From the NCBI RefSeq assembly GCF_006345805.1, contig NC_043000.1, positions 52,080,001-52,144,000 on the forward strand: a DNA stretch of 64,000 bases. The letters run 5' to 3'. The position numbers and the translations under genes were made by a program. Below are positions 1 to 11,452 of this stretch, piece by piece. Within the stretch, counting starts at the first letter, position 1, and each line of letters starts with the position of its first letter. The notes below the pieces were generated by a model. It did not search any database. It saw only the letters and a program-made list of their open reading frames with translations, and had not been told where the DNA came from. This DNA is from Octopus sinensis. Lineage: Eukaryota.

Positions 1-143
1 TTAAGAGACAAAAGAAAGACAACCCTGCATGTTCTTAGTTAACAATGCTGATAGATCAATAATAGATGAATTCATAAGTAGTTATAAACACCTACATAAT
101 ACCTGCCAACCTACGTATCTACATACATACGTGCTTCTATCTA

Positions 144-225
<82 letters not shown>

Positions 226-2292
226 TATGTATATACATACATATGTATGTATATATGTATGTATGCATGTATGTTTGTATATATAAATATATAAATAAAT
301 ATATATATATATATATATGTTATATATTTATTTATTTATATATGTATATACGTACATATATATACACGTATAAATGCAAACAAATTGATAACTAGATGTG
401 TACTTTATCTCATTGTAAGATATATTACAGAATTTCTAGTTTGCAATAATGAGTTTTGCACCTGCTTTAGTATTATATACAATTCATTAAGGAAATAGAG
501 AAAAAAAGCTAACAAGCAAAATACGGAAAGAAAATCAGTACACAAAAATGAAGGTGTCGAAAACAGTCAGACAATAAATATAGGTAACAATTTTCTTCTA
601 AATTGCTTTCCAGTGCATTCGTGAAAAATAAAGGAAAAGAAAGTTATAACACTAGTGCAGAAAAGAAAGTAAATTCGATGAGAAAGAATAGGTGTGAACA
701 AAAATAAAGAAATAAAGAAATATATGAAGAAGGTAAACTAAAATGAAAATTTGGTTGCTGTCTCTATTAATCCTCCAGCAGCAATGTAGCAACCTAAGTG
801 AAAATTCAGATTTTGCTATTTAGTTATGTAGATTACGGATGTGCTTATTAAGTTCTAGTATTCTGACATACTATTAAAATGAGCATTTTACGAAACAACT
901 AAGGAATTTAGATTAACTAATGAGCCACTACATACTGGATCTGCTTGGATAACGGTTGAATTTAAATCATGTAACACCCTACAAAAGATTGTGATTTGAA
1001 AGAGACATATAAAGATGAGACACAATTAGGTATATTTCCTAATCGTTGTTCCTAGCCGGACCAGCAACCAATCAGTTAGACGAGCCCGACCAAGTTTAAA
1101 TTCCCCCATGGCTTCGTATATTATATTAGCCTAAAGTACAACGTTACATATATAAGACTAAACGACAGTTTAAGTCTTTACTAATAATGAGTGTGAATTT
1201 ATAGATCTCAAAAGTGGGAATACTTTGATGCAGAAAAAAAAATCATTCATAAATGTAATCAGTCATTTCAACTAATTGCTACAGTAATCAAATTAGGCAA
1301 AGTATTCAGCAATGCGTACAGGGTGATAATTAACTCATAGACATGTATGACCATCAATGACAAGTTTTTCTAGAAATTAAAGATAATATACGTCAGCAAT
1401 ATCCGTGCTGAACTTTAAAGTCAATAACAGCTTGCACAACACCACTATGACCCACATTTACAAATCCAAGTATTCCAGAAACAAGCAAGAGCAAGAATTC
1501 TGGCTTCGCAATGAGGTGGGTGTTATGTTGGAACTTCCTTCTCTTAGAGAGACCTCTAAACAAAGACTTAGACTTGGACGCCCTGCAGGACATACATACA
1601 TACATACATACATACATACATACATCATACATACATACATACATACATACATACACACATACATACATACATACATACATACACACATGTATATATATGT
1701 TTGTCCCTGTATACATAAAGATACATACATTCATCTATATTCATTTATATACATGTATGTATGTATGTATGTATGTATGTATGTATGTATGTATGTATGT
1801 ATGTGTGTGTGTATGTATTTATAGAGAGATAAAACGAAATCGGAGGGATAGAAAAATGGTTGAAGCTTCAATTCATAGTCAGATATATTTATATTACAAA
1901 AGTTCTAGGTTACAATAATGAGATTTCCACCTGTTTTACCATTGTGTACCATTCATTAAGGAAATAGAGAAATAGCTAAAAAGCAAAATGCCGAACCAAA
2001 ATCTATACAAATACTGAAACTGAATGTACACGCACAAACACACACACATACACACACACACATAAACACACACACATAAGTATGTATGTATATGAAGTAA
2101 TTTAGGCTAGAGAATTGTCATGGAAATATTTTAACTCGCTAATATCTATTGTTATAGAAATTTACTTCCTGATATTCACCAAATTACATCAGTTTAAAAG
2201 AAACAGACAATTCTATGTTTGGACGAACAATACACGAAAAGAAAATTAAAAAAACAAACAAACAAACAAACAAACAAAAAGTCAAACAAATG

Positions 2293-2329
2293 AATAATAA
2301 TAATAATAATAATAGTAGTAGTAGTAGTA

Positions 2330-2372
<43 letters not shown>

Positions 2373-2380
2373 TAATAATA

Positions 2381-2437
<57 letters not shown>

Positions 2438-2441
2438 GTGG

Positions 2442-2476
<35 letters not shown>

Positions 2477-2493
2477 CTGCTGATGATGATGAA

Positions 2494-2544
<51 letters not shown>

Positions 2545-2572
2545 TAAATAAATAAATAAATAAATAAATAAA
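2293..2572. repeat. Compound microsatellite (AAT)n-(AGT)n-(AAT)n-(GAT)n-(AAAT)n
   Basis: Directly visible; explains the poly-N/poly-D/poly-S/poly-M ORFs at 2184-2642. Confidence 0.95.
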
Positions 2573-2909
2573 TAGACAAAAAAATTACGGTGCTAAGTGT
2601 ATTTTCATTAGAATATATATGTGAAGTGTTTATCCTTTGCAATAATGAAACGAATCTAATAATTTGAGATCAAATAGCGAGAATGTCTATAGATGATTTT
2701 TTTAAAATTAATATGGTTCATTAGATATATAAAAAGAAATCAATAAAACGGAGGATATTTATGATGATATTTATGAAACCAATGTATGGTTATTGCGGTT
2801 CCTATACAAAAGCTTATAACAGTATATAGTGTATTTGTGTGCAAGTTTCTAAAATGACTAGATACAGAGACAGCACGAGGGATGAGACATGACACTTATG
2901 AGTGATAAC

Positions 2910-3038
2910 GTTTACTTGTTATATAAGGTTTTTATAAGTTGTGTTTACTTGTTATATAAGGTTTTTATAAGTTGTGTTTACTTGTTATATAAGGTTTTAT
3001 AAGTTGTGTTTACTTGTTATATGTGTTTTTATAAGTTG
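2910..3038. repeat. 33-bp minisatellite, 4 copies
   Basis: Unit gtttacttgttatataaggtttttataagttgt starts at 2910, 2943, 2976, 3008. Confidence 0.9.
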
Positions 3039-3499
3039 ATCGTGCAAGTACGGAAATGTACATACCTCGCAGTCAGGTGATATGGTAATTCTCGTGATCC
3101 TTTTCAGGTCTTCCAAGGAAGGGAAAATGTTATCGTCAAAGTAAAGAACAAACCCAAATGTTCGAAACAAAGTCGTATCTACTAAAATAATTCAAAGTGT
3201 CACGCGAGGGTGTTTACTCGGAGGACTGATTTAATGTACTCGGAGGATCGATTTGGTATACAGGACATGGAAGATTTGAACTCAGAAAGCAGAGAGCAGG
3301 AACAAATAATGCAAGGTGTCTGGTTCGATTTCCTTACGGTTCTGCCAATCTACCACCAGGCACCAAAATGATGAAGGGTAAAGGAGACCTCACTGATATT
3401 TACACTCAGTGCGCAGAGAATCGAATAAAATATACCGAGACATTAAACATAGACAGACGATTTTGAATTCATTGAGACCGCTTAGTCCAAACAGTATCG

Positions 3500-3910
3500 G
3501 TGGAACTTAAAAATTAAAACAGCCAGCAAGTTAAAACAATGCCGGCCAGAAATTGTTGTGGGAGATCACAAAAGAAAATGACGTGCTCGGTTGTGGAAAT
3601 CTGCTGTCCTCTGGACACCAACGTCGTTAGAAAATTACAGGAGGAATAAGAAATTTTTAGGCCATTGATGAGCTCTTTACAAAACTAGTACCCTTCACAG
3701 ACTTTCACCTTCATGCATATTTTTATTGGAGCGACAGAATACGTACCAACCTATCTGTTGGAAAGTATGGTTGAACTTGGGTTCTTGGTGAGAAATGGCA
3801 ACTCCTCTACAAACGATCACTGTATCTGCGACTATAAAAATATGCAGGATTTAAGGGATGATGAACAAAGTAAGATGCATTATTTCACAACCTTGTTACC
3901 AAGCAGGTGA
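3500..3910 (+). mobile_element. Decayed restriction-like endonuclease (RLE) C-terminus of a non-LTR retrotransposon (R2/R4/NeSL-type)
   Basis: Frameshifted translation RPEIVVGD...SVVEICCPLD...IFIGATEYVP fits the RPD-x-E-x-P-x-D...P-x-x-IG RLE signature. Confidence 0.6.
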
Positions 3911-3984
3911 CCAGTCAAATTTAACTCTAAATTAAAAGAAGAAAAAGAACGAACATATAATCGTACATACATGCAGGTATATAT

Positions 3985-4165
3985 AAATGGAATTTATAGA
4001 AAAAACAAAAGGAAAAACAGGTGTATCAAACAACAAACAAGTGTATTAATTTGACGCTCGGGAAAAATGAAAAAGTCTTTAACGTTTCAAGCCTTCGCTC
4101 TTCAACATAGAGGCATAGAGAAAATAAACGGAGAAAGAGTAAAAGAAACTTGTAGATTTCAGCAA
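3985..4165 (-). mobile_element. Non-coding Penelope-type pLTR-like repeat (same family as 58900-59210) with decayed hammerhead motif
   Basis: Shares aaaacaaaag...aggtg...tgtatta...gcgctc.gga...aagtctttaacgtttc with 58900-59040; minus strand ATGTTGA-A-GAGC-gaag-GCTT-GAAAC-GTT-AAAGA. Confidence 0.5.
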
Positions 4166-4929
4166 TACACACACGCACGCGCGCACACACACATATACAC
4201 ATATATATACATACACACACATATATAGATACATATAGATACATACATACATAGATACACACACATATATATATATTAAAGATAAAAAGACTTAGTTTTA
4301 AATCGTTGAGCGAGAAATAAGTAGTAACAGAATAAGTAGAGACTTAATTGCCTTTCTCTTAACGAGATGAGTGATTGAGTGTTACTATAAAAATATGTAC
4401 CTCGAGCAAGGCCTAGTGCTGCCATCTCTAGCCAACGGTTATCCTGTACTGATGAAAGGAAATAACCTAGAAACCATTGGTCCGCCAATACCGTTTAAGG
4501 CCGAGTGGGGACGTAAGCTCCTCTGTTCGAGGTATAAGAACGCAAGTGTGTGTCGATAGCTAACTGGAAAATATGTTTTTCTGGGGCTGGAAAAGGTAGT
4601 AACACTGTCCTAATCAGAACTGCCACTTTACGTTGGCAAACAGACTTTATCCCATATATATATTTATTATATTAGAGGGAAAAGCAGGACCAATGCAGAA
4701 CGCGTGTTTCAAGTCATTAGGAATAATTTAATTAGGGTAAGGTGGATTTGAAGACTTACAGCCATTTCTGGGATAACCTAAGAGGTTGGTTAGCATGTCC
4801 ATGCACTGGGTATTCTGTCTGTGTGTGTGTCTTCTAGGATCTCGGCATCCTCCATCCGATTGCGCTCACATTTGATTTGTAGATACCGACGGTATCAGGG
4901 CGTGTATAAGTCTTGAAAAAATTACAAAA

Positions 4930-5331
4930 ATCAATTCCAGGTGAGAATGCAATCGATAAAGCCGTGGGAACGTGCATTTGTACGCGGAAGTGCATCAGCT
5001 GTTGTGATCGACACTACGCGTACGGGAGAAAAATGCACATGCAGTTTGCACAAAAAAATAAAGGAGCGGGAGGTTATTTTTTATTTCCCTCATGCCATTG
5101 ATTCCGTCGGACTGTGTTTACCCGATGAAACGCGTTCAGTTCCAGATTCGCCTGAGCTTCGCGATGACCATCAATAAAGTACAGGGGCAGTCATTGAAAG
5201 TTGTGGAGTTGGAACCCAGCACTCTCTGCTTTTCGCACGGACAACTGTATGTGGTCTGTTCGACAAACCTTTTCTACTACGCTCCAGACGGAGTAACAAG
5301 GAATGTAGTTTACAAGGCTGCGCTCTACTAG
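4930..5331 (+). mobile_element. Helitron RepHel fragment (PIF1-like SF1 helicase C-terminus)
   Basis: ORF 5092-5331 PLIPSD...KRVQFQIRLSFAMTINKVQGQSL...CFSHGQLYV...TRNVVYK matches Helitron helicase motifs V/VI and the usual C-terminus; upstream part frameshifted. Confidence 0.88.
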
Positions 5332-6144
5332 CTTTTCGTTGCTCTTGAACATCCCGTAATGTAAGTTAGCTTAAAGTTAGTTACTTAGTTCCCTGGGATA
5401 TTGCTTTTCATCAAAAATCACCCCAAGTTGATTCCCTACATATTTTATCGAATAAACTTATTATTGTCCCAGGTACGTTCTCATAAATTCATCATGCTTT
5501 TCCATCTAGATTTACCTCCAGCTAATCCATTTGCATGCATCGTTTATGTTAACAAATATATTAAAATTATTATTAAAAATGCTTACAAAACATAGTCTTT
5601 GCTCTCTCTGCTTTGTCCTTCGAGAAGATGAAGCCAGGTGATTTTGATGGACCGCAGATTCGTACACATGTACGTGATCAAGAATTTGCCAGGAAGATGA
5701 ATGACAAGGAAAGGACCGAATAGCTTTCATTGGTGGTGGCAATAGAAAACTTTCTCGGTAATAAAAAGGCTGACATCTATGAAACTTTCGTAGTTAATAT
5801 GCTATTCGTAATCTTGCATGTAACATGAGTGTCAAATTACATTTCACGTACACTCATCTTGATACATTCCCCAAGAAGCTAGGACAAACAAGACGAGCGA
5901 TTCCATCAGGACCTCAAGACCATGGAAGAGTGTTACAAAGGGAAATGGGACAAACATATGAAGGTAGATTACTGCTGGAGCATTAAGTGAGATTGTCCTG
6001 AGACAGTCCACAAACGCAAGAGGTTCAAGCGCAAATTCCTGACTGAATAAATGCAATTGATCTTTCCCTCTTCATAGTAAATAATGTCGTATTTATCAAT
6101 CAGTTTTGTATAAAGTGTATAAACGAGTCTATAAAGTGTATAAA

Positions 6145-6520
6145 GGCGCAGGAGTGGCTGTGTGGTAAGTAGCTTGCTTACCAACCACATGGTTTCAGGT
6201 TCAGTTCCACTGCGTGGAATCTTGGGCAAGTGTCTTCTACTATAGCCTCGGGCCGACCAAAGCCTTGTGAGTGGATTTTGTAGACGGAAACTGAAAGAAG
6301 CCCATCGTATATATGTATTTATATATATAATATATGTGTGTGTATGTTTGTGTCTCTGTGTTTGTCCCCCTAGCATTGCTTGACAACCGATGCTGGTGTG
6401 TTTATGTCCCCGTTACTTAGAATAAGTCCCGGGGTCGATTTGCTCGACTAAAGGCGGTGCTCCAGTATGGCCGCAGTCAAATGACTGAAACAAGTAAAAG
6501 AGTAAAACAGTAAAGAGTAA
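6145..6520 (+). mobile_element. tRNA-derived SINE, family A
   Basis: Head ggcgcaggagtggctgtgtggtaag...ggttcagttcc (A/B box-like), internal microsatellite, tail gactgaaacaagtaaaagagtaaaa; near-identical to 25436-25885 and 43862-44137(-). Confidence 0.85.
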
Positions 6521-6540
6521 AACAGTTTTGTATAAAAAAA

Positions 6541-6853
6541 TTCCAAGAGGCGTCTGATCGGCAACCGGCGGCTTTGAGGTCGTTCTGTCCCTGCGTCTGT
6601 GGAGACTTCGCGGCAAACAGGGCGTCCCGTCAATCGGGATATGCATGCGGGATGTCGAGGACCGCTTGTGAATTCAATATTCCCAAGAAACGTCTATGAA
6701 TCCTATGGAACCGCGAATGGCTCGCTATCTCCATTGACCTCGCACAGGACGGTCGAGCGTGGGCAGCTATGGCTCGTGATGCTGTTAGGAACAGAGAAGA
6801 AGCCGGCTCAACCCGCCCTGGGTGAACGCCGCCACAAGTACAAGTAGTAGTAA
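6541..6853 (+). mobile_element. 3' end of an RTE-clade LINE
   Basis: GC-rich; translates DLAQDGRAWAAMARDAVRNREEAGSTRPG*, then an acaagtacaagtagtagta tail; flanked by gt(t)ttgtataaa on both sides (candidate TSD). Confidence 0.6.
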
Positions 6854-7197
6854 GTTTGTATAAACTATAACCTTTTCCTTATTAAGGAATCTGTTCTAGA
6901 TTGTATTCTTGAACAAATTTATACTATCTTGCATTTTATTTTTTATTACCTAGCTAATTTAAAGAGTGTTTAATCACGTATCTCTCCTGACTATGACGTC
7001 AATGTAATGAAGACAAATTTTGAGATTTTGAAATAGCTTGCAAAAAATTAAGGCATTTAGGAAATAAATTGCAAAAAATTAAGGCATTTAGGAAATAACC
7101 AACTTCAGATCTGAAATCTATGCACTCAGTGTAGGTAATACCAAGTATTGATATCAATGCAACAAAATATTTTTTGACCAGTGTTATCTGTTAATCA

Positions 7198-7240
<43 letters not shown>

Positions 7241-7309
7241 ACACACACACACACATACACACGCATACACATACATACATACATACATACATACATGCAT
7301 ACATATATA

Positions 7310-7572
7310 GTGGACTCTCCTGTCGTTAGGCCACAAGGATGATCTGTTTAAAGTGATCAAACGTTTGTGTTCAGAAAAGCTCACTCCCATCATCAAATCA
7401 ACATTAGCTGTACAGATTCGCCGTGTACCATATGTCAGATGACGAAAAGAGCGTAGAGCAATGCGAAATGAAGTGCCTTTCTCATGAACACAATGCAATG
7501 CTCGGTCTTGGAATCAAACCACAATCTCGCAATGGTGAGTACAACACTTTAATCACGAAGCCATGCGCCTCC
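7310..7572 (-). mobile_element. tRNA-derived SINE, family C (ggaggcgc head), decayed
   Basis: Minus strand ggaggcgcatggcttcgtgattaaagtg...ggtttgattcc...gcacttcatttc; related to 40310-40548, 40586-40660 and 49078-49310. Confidence 0.65.
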
Positions 7573-7938
7573 ACACACACACACATATCAGGCGGTTATT
7601 TTGAGTCTAATTTTAAGACTGTATGGCCATTAATTTTTCAGGTGGGCCATCTCATTATGTGATATGTGTTCATATTTCAAGAAAAAGCGTAATTTGAGTT
7701 GCATAAAATCTAGAGCTTACAGAGAAAAACGAACCTCAGATGTGAATTCAGCCTAAAAACAAGTGCTGGTATTAATGCACCAAAAACTTTGTTTCCCTGT
7801 GTTATTTACTAACCGCTAATGGGACACTGTCCAGAGGATAAAGGTTTCGTGATAGCCCTAATACGAAGATGCACTCATTGAAATAGAAATAATGAACGGC
7901 GAGAAGAGTAATTAGCTGTACTTTGGAGAAGGAAAGCA

Positions 7939-8370
7939 GGATCTTTTCGGTTTGAACGGCAGTTTTTAACATAATTCCTAGGTAACTAAAAAATTTTAAA
8001 CTTCGTATACTGGTAGAATATATTAATAAAACATCTTTTTCTCTTGGTTTTATTGAGAAAATATTTGTTGTCTTTTTTTCTTAAATTTCTGCAATTTCAA
8101 CCAATCAGTGACGTCTATTGAGTTAAAAAGCATTCTGTGCCATATGAATATGTCCCTCGTTTAAGAAACAGATTTGGTTTATTTACATTTGTGAAGAAAA
8201 AAAAGATACCCTTCCCCCACTCCTAACCCTAACCCTAACTATCCCTAACCCTAACTATCCCTAACCCTAAAAGACATTGAAATGCAATAGATCGATTCTA
8301 GGGTCATAATTATGGGTGACAATTTCATATGACATCGCTAGAAAAACTGCCGTTCAAACCGAAAAGATCC
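7939..8370. mobile_element. MITE with 29-bp perfect TIRs and 8-bp TSD (GG termini; Merlin- or MULE-like)
   Basis: ggatcttttcggtttgaacggcagttttt at 7939 and its exact reverse complement ending 8370; TSD ggaaagca at 7931-7938 and 8371-8378; internal (CCCTAA)n at 8222-8270. Confidence 0.92.
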
Positions 8371-9179
8371 GGAAAGCATTCTCCGGTGGGAAGGTTGATC
8401 GGCATAGTGGTATGAGTTGATATTTCCTTGGTGACGATCTTTCACCGCTTAGAATCACCTGTTTTTATTAGATTTTTAGCCTGTTTTTCACGTTGTGTTA
8501 CGTATTTTAGACAACCCTCCGTATATTCTATGTGCGTACGTGACCATGTATTTAATAACACTTCTGTAGAACATTTTTTACACGAGGTATTTGTAACCAA
8601 TAAAGAAATCATTATATGTGTGTATTTAAAAAGCTTTTATAATCTCTATGTTAAGAGTATATTCGATTTTCTTGGAAGTGCAGCACAAGAAGCCGAAAGT
8701 AGCGGTGTAGGATTAGATAATTTCCATTAAAGTCTTTCTCATATCCACTGCCATTAAGCTAAAAGAAAGCAGCTGCTAGCTACTGAGGTATTACTTCGTT
8801 TACATATGTGTAAGTTGACATGAGAAACGTTAAACATGTGCATATTTAAAACGGTAGGTGCGAATGTACTGAAAGGCAGATGACAAAAAATTTACATGAA
8901 CTGAAAGTCGTTCCTTAGTTGGAGAAAGAAAATAAAAAGTCAGTGGGAATCCCTAGCTACTGTGACAGGAAAGAGGACTTAATTTTTTGAACCATAAATA
9001 ATTTTGAAGATAATGCATCACTGATGCGTGTTACCCAAACTAAGACATAGTCTTAATTTTTTTTAAAGTTGTCTCCCATTGTCTAAGTGTCGTCAGCTGT
9101 TGTCACTAGGTGACAACTCGTCACAAACTAAGTCGAGAATCTTAATACTTTTTTTTTGGTTATCGTCATTCAATATATC

Positions 9180-9780
9180 TATTTCTTAACTACCCACAAG
9201 GGGCTAAACATATAGGGGACAAACAAAGACAGACAAACAGATTAAGTCGATTACATCGACCCCAGTGCGTAACTGGTACTTAATTTATCGACCCCGAAAG
9301 GATGAAAGGCAAAGTCGACCTCGGCAGAATTTGAACTCAGAATGTAAAGACAGACGAAATACCTATTTCTTTACTACCAACAGGGGGCTAAACATAGAGG
9401 GGACAAACAAGGACAGACAAACAGATTAAGTCGATTACATCGACCCCAGTGCGTAACTGGTACTTAATTTATCGACTCCGAACGGATGAAAGGCAAAGTC
9501 GACCTCGGCGGAATTTGAACTCAGAACGTACCAGCTGACGAAATACCTATTTCTATACTACCCACAAGGGACTAAACATAGAGAGGACAAACAAAGACAG
9601 ACAAACGGATTAAGTCGATTACATCGACCCCAGTGCGTAACTGGTACTTAATTTATCGACCCCGAAAGGATGAAAGGCAAAGTCGACCTCGGCGGAATTT
9701 GAACTCAGATCGTAACGGCAGACGAAATACGGCTACGCATTTCGCCCGGCGTACTAACGGTTCTGCCAGCTCGCCGCCCT
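9180..9780 (-). mobile_element. SINE family B, trimer (one head plus three 184-bp units)
   Basis: Units start at 9180, 9364, 9548; head ggcggcgagctggcagaa at 9779; 17-bp TSD tcgtcattcaatatatc at 9163-9179 and 9781-9797. Central gtcgactttgcctttcatcctttcggggtcgataaattaagtaccag recalls a conserved SINE domain (MetaSINE-like, from memory). Confidence 0.92.
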
Positions 9781-10106
9781 TCGTCATTCAATATATCACC
9801 AGCTACTGAGTTATCCAAATTCATGACATTGGACAGCTTCAGTTATGAATATGTGTTTATATAATTCTATGCGTATTTATATTATTCTATGTATGTTTAT
9901 ATAATTTTATGCGTATGCATATATTTTTATGAATATGTATCCATACACACATAGATATGTACATATATCCTTAACGAAAGAAAAGGTACACCAACAGACA
10001 TTGAAGCACAACGTTTTCCATATAATTCATATGTCATTTGTTAAGTTAATATGTTAGGAATAAATAATCTTTCCTGTCAAATTACAGAATGTATTTGAAT
10101 TATATT

Positions 10107-10679
10107 CTTTTCTACCATAGGCACAAGGCCTGAAATTTTTTGGGAGAGGGTCAGTCGATTAAACCGACTCCAGTACGCAACTGGTACTTAATTTATCGAC
10201 CTCGAAAGGATGAATGGCAAAGTTGACCTCGGCGGAATTTGAACTTAGAACGTAAAAACAGACGAAATACCTATTTCTTTACTGCCCACAAGGGGCTAAA
10301 CACAGAGAGGACAAACAAGGACAGACAAACGGATTAAGTCGATTATATTGACCCCAGTGCGTAACTGGTACTTAATTTATCGACCCGAAAGGATGAGAGG
10401 CAAAGTCGACCACGGCGGAATTTGAACTCAGAATGTAACGGCAGACGAAATACCTATTTCTTTATTACCCACAAGGGGCTAAACACAGAGGGGACAAACA
10501 TGGGCAGACATAGGTATTAAGTCGATTACATCGACCCCAGTGCGTAACTGGTACTTAGTTTATTGACCCCGAAAGGATGAAAGGCAAAGTCAACCTTTGA
10601 ACTCTCAACGTAACGGCAGACGAAATATCGCTAAGCATTTCGCCCGGCGTGCTAACGTTTCTGCCAGCTCGCCGCCTTA
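10107..10679 (-). mobile_element. SINE family B, trimer with an alternative 3' tail on the last unit
   Basis: About 183-bp period; TSD att(t/c)gaattatatt at 10093-10106 and 10681-10694; last unit ends aaatttcaggccttgtgcctatggtagaaaag. Confidence 0.9.
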
Positions 10680-11399
10680 TATTCGAATTATATTGACTTG
10701 TGAAAATCCAGTTTTTACTTCTTCACCGCAGAGCACCTGGTTATTTAATCTAGCTTACTGGAAATCCTATAAGGTCTTGTTCACTAGTATTTGTGAATAT
10801 GAAATTCTGAATGTTTATAAAGCCACTCTAATTTGCAATACAATTTAGAGAATCAAGCTATAAATCTTATTTCCATTTAAGCCAGTAATAAGGCTTTAAG
10901 AAAATAGAATGATTAAATGAAAAGCTAGAACGTGCACATATCATACGATGTATATTGCCTAACATGCAATGTGAATAATTAAATTAGATGAATATTTTTT
11001 GCTTATTCGACTTACATACAAGGCTTATTTAGAAGAAAAATTTATATAAGTTATATGACAATGTGTTACTACTATATATTTGAAAGACAAATTTTAAAAA
11101 TTTGTTTGTTTTTTTAAATAAATATATTTTGTGTCAAACGATTCAGCCAAACATCAGTAGTTTAACTGAAATGAAATTGCTTTTAATTCGAATTGAAAAC
11201 GTGTAGAGATTTAATTGTAGACCTTTTTATATTGAAGAAGTCCATCGATTATCTCTTTACAACTTTCATAATTTATCGTGTAAATGTGTTATGTGCAACC
11301 AATGGGGATGACGTGGAAGTATTGTCATGTTTTATATGAAACTTCATTTATTGGCCTATGGTTTGCAATAAACTCTGTTGAGTTATTCTAATTTTTCCT

Positions 11400-11452
11400 T
11401 TCCTTTTAGGAAAATTTTCAAATTGTAGCGGTAATTCATGGACACCCTGTAT
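11400..11452. mobile_element. Isolated Tc1/mariner-type terminal repeat
   Basis: Ends ...catggacaccctg|ta, i.e. TA-CAGGGTGTCC on the minus strand; no partner end found. Confidence 0.35.

Larger units (their letters stand above)
5595..7183 (+). mobile_element. Chapaev3-type (CMC superfamily) DNA transposon relic: transposase C-terminus plus right end, with nested insertions
   Basis: Broken translation FDGPQIR...ENFLGNKKAD...CNMSVKLHF...ERFHQDLKTMEE...GKWDKHMKVDYCWSIK (5640-5995); ends ...gaccagtg|tta at 7183 (CACTG terminus, TWA-like target). Confidence 0.75.

Noticed and set aside
1393-1590. Terminal coding exon on the minus strand after cctgcag
   Set aside because: The acceptor lacks a pyrimidine tract (it abuts a microsatellite), the peptide is unrecognised and several frames are open.
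430-2005. Diverged direct repeat of about 100 bp (near 430-540 and 1900-2005) as LTRs
   Set aside because: No TG...CA ends, PBS, PPT or internal coding; more likely an old local duplication.
5092-5331. Host PIF1 helicase exon
   Set aside because: The upstream part is frameshifted, the conserved SR of motif VI is lost and the C-terminus is Helitron-like.
8222-8270. True telomere or chromosome fusion site
   Set aside because: Short, single orientation and inside a TIR/TSD-bounded MITE.
9180-10679. CRISPR-like regular repeats
   Set aside because: Whole 184-bp units repeat with no unique spacers; they are SINE multimers in a eukaryotic context.
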